From Glaucostegus cemiculus (taxonomy: Eukaryota), in NCBI GenBank assembly GCA_976551045.1, contig CDPCPM010000281.1, positions 2,976,001 through 3,040,000 on the forward strand: a stretch of 64,000 nt of DNA, read 5' to 3'. The translations under genes and the position numbers were made by a program. The notes beneath the pieces are model-generated. The model had not been told where the DNA came from. It saw nothing but the letters and a program-made list of their open reading frames with translations, and ran no database searches. The first letter of the stretch is position 1. Every line of letters starts with the position of its first letter. Of this stretch, positions 24,201 to 36,200 are shown piece by piece.

Positions 24201-27200
24201 CTCATATTTGGTTTATTGATATTTTGTATGAGTACTTAACTATCTTACAGAATTGAAAATGTTTAACAGAATATATTTCAATTTCAAATATAAAGCAAAT
24301 CACAACTAAAGCCTTCACTTACGTATTAATTTCTGTTGCAATTGCATAGCAAAGCTGTCAGTAAGCATGCAAATAACAAGCTCCCTTGTGCTAGAATTAT
24401 ATCTGTGAAAACAGCCCCTTTAGACAAACTAACCTCTTGCTTTCAGGAAATATTTAAATCAATGCAGCAAGACAAGATCAACTCACCTTGCCCATTTTTC
24501 CCGAGGCTAATTTTGTCTTATCATGCCATTTCTGCAATGTGCTGTTCCGATAGGTTTTGAAGTCAGCAAACCGCTTGGCCATGAAGTTCGGGTACTCATC
24601 CATTTCCAGCTTCCTTTTCAGTGGTTGTTTTTGCTCCTGCATTCCCTCTATTTCATCATCGCTGGGAATCTCATCACTAGAAACAAAGGAGTATCTTGTA
24701 GAGGTCAATTCTCTTTTACTTGCACAAGTATGATGTGCAACACAAAACCTTAAGTTGGTTACTTCTTGGCAATGCCTTAACACTATCAAAATGCTGCTCT
24801 TCACCATCGTTAATGAAGTTCTGACAATGTAACTCTCTTGAATGTGGTTTTAAAACAAAATTGAAGGGACATTTTCTTGCTTCTATCTGAAGCGTTTGTC
24901 ATTTTTATTTTATAGTTCTAGGATTGACAGGGTAAAAGGAAACTAGACTCATCTAGGAGATTCAAAATTTGCATTTACAAAAACAAATGTACATAACTGT
25001 TACCAAAGTTCTGGACTTTTTTTTGTCAGTTGCAACTTCCAGTTGCTTCACAAACACCTGTTCAATATCCACCCATTCAGACAGACATTCAAATAGGCAA
25101 GGCATAGAAGGATATATGGACCCAATGCAGACAAATGAGATTAGTGTAGGTGGGTAAAAAGGTCGGCCTGAAGATAATGAGCTGAAGGGCCTGTTTCTAT
25201 GCTGTACGATCCTGTGATTGTTTCCTTAAAAAAAATAAGTAATTTTGGTCACTGTCAGGTACTAACTGTTTAAAGGACAGAAAGAGGAAATGATTAGAAC
25301 ACCAACTAATATTTATATAAGAGCAAAAGTTCAATTTAAAAAGAGACAGCTGTGAATTACTGGGAAGATGTACTGCACGTGAAGGAGAACACTTAAAACG
25401 ACTAAAGATTTGGCATCCACAAAACTCTTCCTAAGTGTTGTATAAATCTTTGGGCTTGAAATCACTAGCATTCATTTTGACAGCCAAATAAAGGCTGGAA
25501 ATTCATGTCCACTGGGACTGTTCTTGGACTGCCAACACAATCTTGTCGGCTGTAACTCCCAATAGCTTCACAAACACCTGCTCAACATCCACTGCAATTA
25601 GACTGAATATAGTATTGGCAGCGCTTTGGAAGTGACTGAAATATCCCATTATCATCTCGCTTACGTTTCATCGCCAGGCTTACCTATCGGGCTCTGGCTT
25701 CCTGCCACTGACAAAGTGTTGTGTGTCTGGGTGCTGGAAAAGCAGTTCATCCTGAAGCACAACTAGTGACCTCAGGAGTGCCTTCAATGCTTTACAGCCT
25801 AAGGAGAAAAGCAAACATGAAGCTTACACATTTGACTTTATCCGCATTAATTTAACATTTTAGTCACTTCAGAGATAAACCTTTCTATCTGTGGGGAAAA
25901 TATGGAATTAGTATGTCAATAAGTTCCAGCTTATGAATATATTTTTGCTCAAAGAGCTATTTAAAGACTTGACCCAAAATTGGCCTCACCAGTCTGAAAT
26001 GGAAATCAGCCTTAAAACCAGTCACATAACAATAAACTGATGTGAAGTTGAAGTCTTCTAAATAAGTAATAGAGACATTACCAGATCATCTATGTTAGGT
26101 CCTGCATTGCAGGCACAGATTGAACACAAAACTGTACGATCCTTTGTACCAAAAGGTCGAAGCTAGCCCCATAAAGTGGTGAAAGTTTATTTTCTAGATT
26201 TTTTAAATATATAAACACGAACCACCATGACATAGTTTATACTACATCAATAGAAAACAGACATTGTTTGTATTTCAGAAAGTGAGGTGAGGGTGGTGAA
26301 TTTGAAAGAGAAGAGTTGAGAAAAAGACAGAAGAAAAATAGCCTTAAGACTAAATAAGCAAGGGAAAGGAACTTTAATTATACTATAAATAAAATTAAAG
26401 TATAAAATAAAATTAAACTATAAATATAATTAAAGCAAAAATCAGCCATTTGATACTAAGGATTACTGGATTAGCAACCACTGACCCAGAGGCACAAGTT
26501 CAAATCCTGTCATAACAGGGTGGGAATTTAAGTTTTTGTCTTAAATAAAACTGGAATATAAAAATATAGTCAAGGTAACAGTAACCATTGTCATAAAAAC
26601 CCATCTATATCAACAATGTTCAACAGTCAAAGAAACCTTCCATCCTTACCCACTATGGCTTATGTGTGACTCCAGACCTACCAATGGTATTAACTCTTAA
26701 CTGCCTCCTCAGTTCAGGAGCAATTAAAAGGTGGACGATAAATGCTAACATCGTCAGTGACATCCATATCTTTTTAACAAATAACAAAAAAATCATGGAG
26801 TATTCTAGCAGAATTTCTCAACCTGAGGAAACCCATTGAATATTTACTGCTTAACTTGGTTTCTCTCCCCACTGAAACTCCCTGACCTGGAGAGTATTTC
26901 CAGCATTGGTGGTACTGTTGCTCTCATTTCTGCTGCTACTTTAAAAATAAACTTATGGGAAGGCTATATTTGCACAAACTTTGCTGTATCTGCACATGCA
27001 AGTTATTTGCTATATTTGCTAATAAGAGTACACGGTTTGTGCATTACACAGCAGCTACTACAGTATATCAAACAGAAGAAATGTAGCCCAGGGCTTGCCG
27101 CAGACTATTTTCTTCTGTAGAACCAGTATAGTACTCAATTTTGCCAGCATGGGACTGTTGCACTTCTTTGCTGCTCCTTTCTGTGGTACTGAATCTTGGG

Positions 27201-30200
27201 ACACAAACAGTATGATGAGCAGGCAGCATAAAAATGAACCGAAATCAGAAAGTGCTCTCTCCCTTCAATTTTCCACACATTAATGGATGTATGCATACAG
27301 TCAATTTAAGTGACAATCCCAATGTATACCAAGGATTAGCAGAGGGAAGTAAGTTAAAGAAGAGAAGACAGATTGGGGAAATAGAGAGCAGAAAACTAGA
27401 AATGGCTACATATCTATTTTATTGATGATTTCTTGCATTCTAGTTTCATATAGAAATTGATTGCCACTTACTGGACTCTAAATCTGCCTGCCTTGGGCAA
27501 CTGGTTCACCGTGTCACTGCATGATCTGTTTCTTAAGTTTACCAAATGTCAACTTAAGTATTCTGAAAAATTTGCTATTTTACTGGTTAATATATTTCAA
27601 AAATTTCCATATTTATTTACTCCCATGCCAAATTGAATTATGTTTACGTTTTTGTTTTGGGGGGGGGGGGGTGGAATAGAGGAACATAGCTACAAGAAGC
27701 AACACGCTCAGAGAGTAATAACAACAGGCTTAATTTTTGGAATTCAAAACTGCAAATAAATGGCAAATTGAGAACACACAGCCCATAAACATTCAATAAT
27801 ATAACTAAGCATTTTTGAACCTCTAAGGGCTAGAGGAATTTGGTCCTCTGGGTATTATGCGGTTTCATGACCAATAATTTGTAGTACGCTAATACAGAAA
27901 ATATTTAATTGAAGCTTATGGGGAAAAAAATAAAGCTAAAAGTAGCGTATACTTACAAATTTAAAGCATGCATGATAAATACCTTGTTTATTCAGTGTGG
28001 CAATTGTTAATTTTCTTTCAATTGAGGTCAACATTATCTGACACCTTTGATTAACTATTTGCGGTCATTTCTTGCAACCTTCAAAATATTTTTGCAGGTA
28101 CACAATATTTTCTATTGTGTAGCTGCACAAATACATTACATTTCTACTGCTGAATGCAAGATGGAAAAAAATGTAGCACTTATTAACAGACAATAAATTT
28201 TGTTGTTGAAAACAATTTTTTTTGTAATTATAAGTCATTATTAGCATTTCACAAAGAGTTAGTGGAAGAGAGCACAGTCAGAAGACAGTTACTGGACGAG
28301 TAACCCAAAGGCCTGAACTAATGATCCAGAGACACAATCTTAAATCTCACCACAGCAGCAAAATGATTTAAATTAATTTAAATAAATAATTCTGGAATAT
28401 ATAAATAGTATAGTAATGGAGACCATGAAACTACTGGAACATCAGAATAATCCATCCAGTTCACTGTTGTCTTTGAGTGAAGTAATTTAAGGGCCATCCT
28501 TATCAGTTTTATCTTGTGTGTGACTCCAGACCAATGTGGTTTCCTTTTTACTATTCTTTGAAATGTCCTAGCAAGCCATTGAATTATATTCACACACAAG
28601 AAAGAGCTCTCACCACTAACAACTATGAAACATTCCAAAACTGGAACATCCAACCAACAGAAAGATCCAGGATCTCGACATTAAGTCTGGTGGGATGAAA
28701 ACCTACAAGGGCAGAGAAATCATTTGTCCCCATCTCCTCCCTGAGCTCACTCCCTTGGCTGGTGCACCTGCATGTCAAGGGGTGGCAAGACCACATCTTC
28801 ACTGATCCATCTGCTGCGTATGTATGAAAGAAGTCAGTCTTCTGCCAATTTGATTCATTCCAAAAAAGACACGGAGAAATTCTCTTGCTCCAGGGCAGTC
28901 AGGCTAAAGCACCATCACACAGTGTGCCAGCGACTCTTATGGTCATGAGTACATTGCAGAAAAATACATTAGCACCTCAAACTTAAAGTTTTGACACTAC
29001 TGAATGGCCCTTACACAATTTTCTTTGTTTGCTAATCCACAGCAGGAGCACGTAGGAATTTGCAGTTAAATCTGGGAAATGAGATAGTTACAAAGAGTAT
29101 AAGGACGAAAGGGCTCATGGTAGGTGGGCTGTGGGGGAGGGAAGTGTGGTGTGGTGGTTCAGGGTCACGACAGAGCCTTGTCAGGACTTGCATCAGGGAG
29201 TCAGGTATGGTTCAGCCAGGTCAAAGCTCTTCCCTTTGGGACCTCATCCAAAACTCACTCCCTTCCCTGCTTCAATGTACAATACTCACAAGGTATATGC
29301 TAATGATGCCCTGAAGTTCTGACAGCAACTCTCATACCCACATCCTCTACAACCAGAAAATTCTCATTCTAGGCACACATTATCCTGATTGGAATCCTCA
29401 GGCTTCCTTCATTGCCATGAGGTCAAAGTCCTGTAAAACCCTACCACAGCACTCTGAGTACTTTCATCACATGGACTGTAGTGAACGAAGGAGGCAGCTC
29501 ATCACAAACTGTTCCAGGGCAATTGGAGATAGGCAATTAATGCTGGCGTTTCGAGTGATACCCACATCTCAAAAATTAAATAGATAAGGTGAATTTGGCA
29601 GGGGGGGGGGAAGAAAACAAAATATTTGGGTAATACCTCTCATATATCCTAGCCTTTTTGGATCAGTTTCAAATTCTTTCTAGTTATGAAAATAATGAGT
29701 GTTACTTATTAAGCAGAGGAGGAATGACTTTCAAAAAAAAGTGCTTCGTCCACCATCACTCTTAGGATAGCAAGTCTATCGCTCAATATGACAGGAAACC
29801 CACATCTGTGACCCGAGAACAATGGTTTTCATTCAAATCCACAAGCCTGCTGCTTTCTCTAGTCGTCCCCTGCAATTAATCCCAAGAATACATTTGATTA
29901 AATCTTTTCAACCAAATCCTTTGCTTTGCTTTTGTTAGTTCATTTCTTGTCAACATCCATTAAAGTATGCCTTTAATTCTCCTACAATCTAAAAAACACC
30001 GATCCTGCCGTCTTCAACTTTAATCAACTGTACACCAGCATTTTTCATTTCATAATAATGTGCTGTTTGGAATTCAAAAGGCAGGCTCCACATCAATCAT
30101 TCCTTGTGAATTTTTCCACTGCAATAAATATGCAAATGAGAAGCTAGTCACTCGTATTTCAGGCCAACTTGCTAGTGTTTTAAAAAGACACAAATTTATT

Positions 30201-33200
30201 AATTGCCAGTGGCCAGAGGAATCCTATTACTGTGGGCATTGATTACAAAGCTGCCTGAGTGATTATTGTGCAACTTGCAGACTATCCAGGCATGAGGAAA
30301 AATTATTAAACCAGTCGAAGATTATCAACACGGAATGACAATAAGCTTCAACATTAAGGTTCTGCAAAGTTCCTTAACAAAGAATAACATATGAACTGCT
30401 CTGCTGCTGAATTAGCATTATTCCATAATCTTAAAGCCCACTAGTGCTACTTTTCAGTTTATCCTGTAATACCCTACAGAATTATAATTTTGACAGAAAG
30501 AAGCTCTGATGAATTTAGACTGTTCAATCTGACTGACAGAAGAGTTGAAAGTATTAATTCAGCCCAACCTTACACGTGTTTAATACCTTATCAAACTTAA
30601 TTTGAATGCCAATATATAGTCAGCAAAAATCCTTTATTAGCAGGTAATCAACCATTTAAATGAGCTGTTATAAGCAGTAAAGCTTACAAATACAGATACT
30701 ACACATTATATATGCACAAAATATAGGCTTAGATTAATATTTATGTAACATATTCTGAATATTGATCTTAAAAGATTAAAGACAATTAGTTTGCTAACCA
30801 ATGGGTATATGTTGATGAAAATGTTCAGGAAAATTAGCAGTAACTTTTAATTTCTTACTAGTTCATTTCTGTAATATTCTTTGTATTATTTCCGATAGCA
30901 GTCGCAAAGCAAAAGAGAGGGGTTTTGGAACATCATTTATGTCTTCGACATCATGCAATGCAAACATCATAAAGAGTCTGAATACACTTAACATTCCTTT
31001 TCTATTTGGTCCTTGTCAAGAGTTCATTATATACAGTACGCCTGCATTTTTCTTTCCATACATAGGAGCATAAGAACATGAAGCAAAAACAGAAGTAGTC
31101 CATTCTACTCCTCACTGCCTGCTCTGCCATTCTATTTTACTTCAGCATGACTTTCCTATATTAACCACATATCCTTATGTCCCCCAAAATCTATCACTGC
31201 TCTGAATATACTCACCAAGTAAGCCTTCATAAGCCACCTGGATAAAGAATTCTGAAGATTCACCACTCTACATGTGAAGAAAATCTTCCCATCTCAGTTC
31301 TAGATTACCAATCCCTTACTTTGAGACCGTAATCCCTGTTTTTGGATACATCAGGTCAGAGGAATCATCACTCCTGCATTTACCTCATATTATTCTTCTA
31401 AACGATGCTCAAGTCCGAATTCTTTAACCTCACCTCATTTGAGAAACTATACTCTGCATCAACCTGATTAACTTCACAGCACTCTATCACAGTGACATCC
31501 TTCCTTAGACAGGGAAACCAGACCTGGACACAACATTCCACATGCAGTCTCAACTGGGCAGTATATAATTGGAACATGACAACTTTAGTCCTATACTCAA
31601 AACTTCTTGCATTAAAAGGGCTACATACTGTTTACCCTCCTAATTGCTTTCTATACCTGCATGTCAACTTTCAGCGTTTCCCCCATGTGCTCCAGTTTCC
31701 TCCCACCTCCAAGGACGTGCAGGTTGACAAGTTAATTGCCCACTGCAAATTACCCCTGGTGTGATGTGGTGGAATCTGGGATCCATTAATGAGCATGTGG
31801 GGGGGGGGGGGGAAGGGATGAGTGTGGCATTAGTGTAAATGGATGGTAGATGGTCAGCATGGACTCAGTGAGACAAAGGCGCCTTTCTGTCCTGCATCTC
31901 TCTGTGACTATGTACAAGGACACCCTACCCCTCTAAAAACTTTGATCTCTCACCATTTTAAGAAGTATTTTGTTTTTCTATTCTTTCCAGCAAAATGGAC
32001 AAACACTCATTTTCTACTTAATATTCCATCTACCATATCCTCACTTACTTAGTCTATCTATGTCCTCCTGAAGCCTTTCTGCACCCTCCTCACAACCCGC
32101 ACTTCCAACCAGCTTTGTACCAGCAGCATACTTGGATGCATAACACTACTGCTCCTCATTCAAATCAGTGATATAGATTGTGAACAGCTGAAGGCCCAGC
32201 ACATTTGCTTCCCATCTAAGGGGACCATGCTAAAGACCGTGGAATTTTGAAAGAAGACAACCAGTAGATCCATTGGCTCCGCAGCCAGCTCTTCAAAGCC
32301 ATGGGAAGTGAATCATTAGGTCCAAGAGATTTGTTGGCTTTTGGTCCCACTAATTTGTCCAATACTACTTTAATAATACTTTCTTTTGCTTTTTTTAAAA
32401 AACCACATTCACTCTATACTCCTTGTTCTTATTTCCAGCGGGTGTGCTGGGATTTCTTCCGTGAAGACGGACACAAAGTATTTATTTAATTTCTATCAAA
32501 TCCTTGTCTTTCAATATATTCTTAAATGTTACCAAACCTCCAGTTCATCTGCCTTAAAAGGAATACAATCATTATTAAATATGTATTAATTCTTCAAGAA
32601 TTAGTCAATCTTTACCACCTTACCTGTTAAAGTAGTTTCCAAATCTATCATAACCAGCCAATATTCATATCTTTGTTAATTGTTTTGTTTAGATTTAAAA
32701 CCTTAGTTTCAGATTGAACTAAATCATTTTCAGTCTTAACGTAAAATGTTGTTATGGTCACTCTTCCCTAAAGGCCCCAACGCTACCAGATTATTGATTA
32801 ACCTTTCCTCACTGCACAATACTAAATGTAAAATACTCTGTTCCGATGGGGGTTTCTCAACAAACTAATCTGGGATGGCCCAGGAGAGTCCAGGCAGAGA
32901 CTGTTGCTGACAGTGAGGATTCAGGAATTGGAATTGGTTTATTATTGTCACATGTACCAAGGTACAATGAAAAGCTTTGTTTTGCATGCCATCCATACAG
33001 ATGCAGAATTAAGTGTTACAGTTACAGAGAAAATCTTACAAATCATATTGAGAGTTTAGAAGAGGAAAGTCAGGAGCTGCAGTAACCAGTGTTAAGAGAG
33101 CAGTGTTAAGAAAGATTGCAATGGCAAGGTAACAGGAGAGGAAATGCCCAACACTGAAGCTTTAATTTGTGTACCAGCCAGAACTGCCAGCTTCCTATGC

Positions 33201-36200
33201 AAGAATTTTGGTAGGTGCAGAAACTGTCATCAAACCTTGAATTAACTCAATCTGAATAGAACTTTTTCATACAAAATTAAGAGATGTTGATGCACTAACA
33301 CAGTCTGTCACCAATTTTTTTTTTGAGGTGGTTTTACCAACCTAAGAAATTTAGTTACTTTATTTGAAGTCCAAGAACAGATCAAGGATGAAAGCCTCAA
33401 AGGTTAATTAAACCTATCTTAAAAACTATATCTGTGGAAAAATCTGAAAAATCAAATTGACAAGGTGTTTCTTCATGGCAATGCAACAGGTCAAAATGAA
33501 AAGAATAATAGGATTGAGCAGAATTATCATGAATTTATGAAAGGAAAACTTTGGAGGACATAACTGGTAGAACAGGCAAAGGAAAACTCGTACATGTGGG
33601 TGTTTGAATTTTCAAAATATTTTTGATAAGTTCCACATACAAGTTGGTCAACAAGGTCAGAGCTTACAGAACTGAGGTACTATACTGACTTAGACTGAGA
33701 ATTGATTATCTACATGAAAGAGCAGGAATACATGGATCTTTCTCAGGTATGCAGACTGTGGCTAGTGGGACATCCCTCGTGTATTTTTCTTTGTTTTCCT
33801 TATGACATAGGAGGTCAGTCTATTGAGACTATGCTGGCTGAAAGAACAATCCCATTCCTCACGTACTTCCCCGTAACCTATTGTCCTCAGATACCCATCA
33901 ACCCCCCTCAGATTCTACTACCACCCACCTACACTAGGGATATTTTACCGCAATTAACTTCACAACGAGCACCTTTTTGGTACGGTGGGAGGAAATCAAA
34001 GCGACTGGAGGGATACTCACCTAGTCATAGGGAGAACATACAAACTCACACACATTACCAAAGGTCAGGATCAAAACCCTAGGTTACTGGAGCTGTGAGG
34101 CAGCAGCACTGCCTACTGCATCACTATGCCAGCCTTGGAGTACTGCAGGGATTGGTATCTACATCAATGGTTTGGCTGAGGAGACCGAATGTCATACTTC
34201 CAAGTTTGCTCTTATACAAAACTAGGTAGGATTGTGAGAAATGACAAGCATGTTTAGAAGCTTTAAGGGAAAACAGAAGGCTGAATGAGCAAGTGCAATC
34301 ACATCTGAAAAGTTGTGAAGTTCCATCTCTGGTACATAAAACAGAAAAGTGGTTTCTTTTTGAAACAGTGAGACAATGAGTAATGTTGATGCTCAAAGGA
34401 ATATAGGTGTCCTTGCACACAAGTCGATGAAAGTCAACTTGAGGATGTAACAAGCACTTAGGCAGGCAAATGGTACGTTGGCATTTATTATGAAACAATA
34501 TCAGAGTACAGGAGCAAAGATGTCTTATTGCAATTACAGGAAATTATTACAATTAGGAAAGAATATGTATAATTCTGGTCTCTCTACCTAAAATAAAACA
34601 TGTTTACCATTAGAATGCAAGGGGGACCCACTGGACCATTTCCAGTTATAGTGATTTTACTGTCTGAGGAGCAGTTAAGTTGAATAGGCCTGTATTCCCT
34701 GGAGTTTAGAAGAATGAGAGAAGATCTTATCAAAACTTACAACATTCTTACAAGGCTTGATGAGGAGAGAACGTTTCACCTGGCTGGAGTCCAGAACTAG
34801 GGGCTATTGCCTCGGAATAAGGGTCAGACCAGTTAAGGACCGAGATAAAGAGAAATTTGTTCATGTAGAGGATAGTGATTTTTGGAATTCTCTATTCCAG
34901 AGGGCCATGGAGGGTCAATAACTGACTTGATTCAAAACAGATTGATAGATTCCTTGATGTTAAGGATATCAAGGCTCATGGTAATAGTGTAGGAAAATGT
35001 TGATAAGATAGATCAGTCATCATGTTGACGCATGGTGGAGCAGTCTCAGAGGGCTAAATGGCCAGGTCTTGCTCCATTCTCTTATGTCTTATGTAAATGA
35101 TTCACAGTTCCATTACAAATGGACTGGACATGGCAAAATGTAGCCACATTTGAACTGAAGGTATTTGATGAATGAGGAATGATATCAATGAATGAAGATG
35201 CCTGTGGGATGAAGATATGGAATAAAGGGAGGACACGGGGGAGAAAGAAGGTAAGGAAGGTAAATTAAATGGAAAATACAGTAAGAGCGTGATTTATCAA
35301 CTACAGCTCAGATAAAACAAGGAGAGAAAACTAGACAGCCATGAACAAAACTTTGCTTCACAAGTTTGGTGACCAGATGACCTACTTGAATTAGATTGGA
35401 TGAAAATTAAATATTGGGTAGGTCATTGGGAGGAAACTTGCTACAGTGCAAAGTAAAACCTGCCTGAATGGGAAGATAGACAGAATCTCAATTTGACATC
35501 TAATCCAATAAAGACTGCTCCGGTGCTGTAATGCAAAAGTTCTACATTATCAGTGCACTTGGCTAGATTAATACCCATATCTCAGAGGAGTGTTTGCGCC
35601 ACTGAGCCATGCTAATATTTAGATTTAGAATATTTCCAAAGTTTGAACTTTGACCCTCAACACTAAATAAAAATTAAATATTTTGGTGCATGTGCTCCAA
35701 GGAGGTAGACTTTGGAGTACAGCAGTGAATGTGTCAAGATGGCATACGATTTGCCATCCAAGGAAATGTAAATGGGAAGAAAATCAAGGTAATGCAGTCA
35801 CTTTGTAAAGGCAGTTGGTAGATTATTCCTACAATGTAAAGCTATTGTACATACAGCAGGTTATATTGCCTTACACTGTAGTAAATGTAATACCTTACAT
35901 TCTTTTAAGTGAAAGGTTAGATTTATAAGGAAATTTAACATCTCTTTTTAATTAGAATTGTTGAAAATCTTATCCATTTATAATTGATAAAACAAAGAAT
36001 ACACGCACCATACATAAATAATGACCCTAACTTTATCCAGTAGCACAGCCTAATTAATTATTGTAGATACGAAGCAGATCCATTGGGTGACAAATGAACA
36101 GAAGGTTTGAAAGACGCAACCTCTGCAAGATTCTTTTATTTGAAAATAACCTCACAATCAGTGTACCAATAGAACTTTACATGAGGAAACACATAGCTGC

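Noticed and set aside
26374-26435. AT-only quasi-tandem (TATAAATAAAATTAAA-like units)
   Set aside because: Low-complexity slippage product with no evidence of function.
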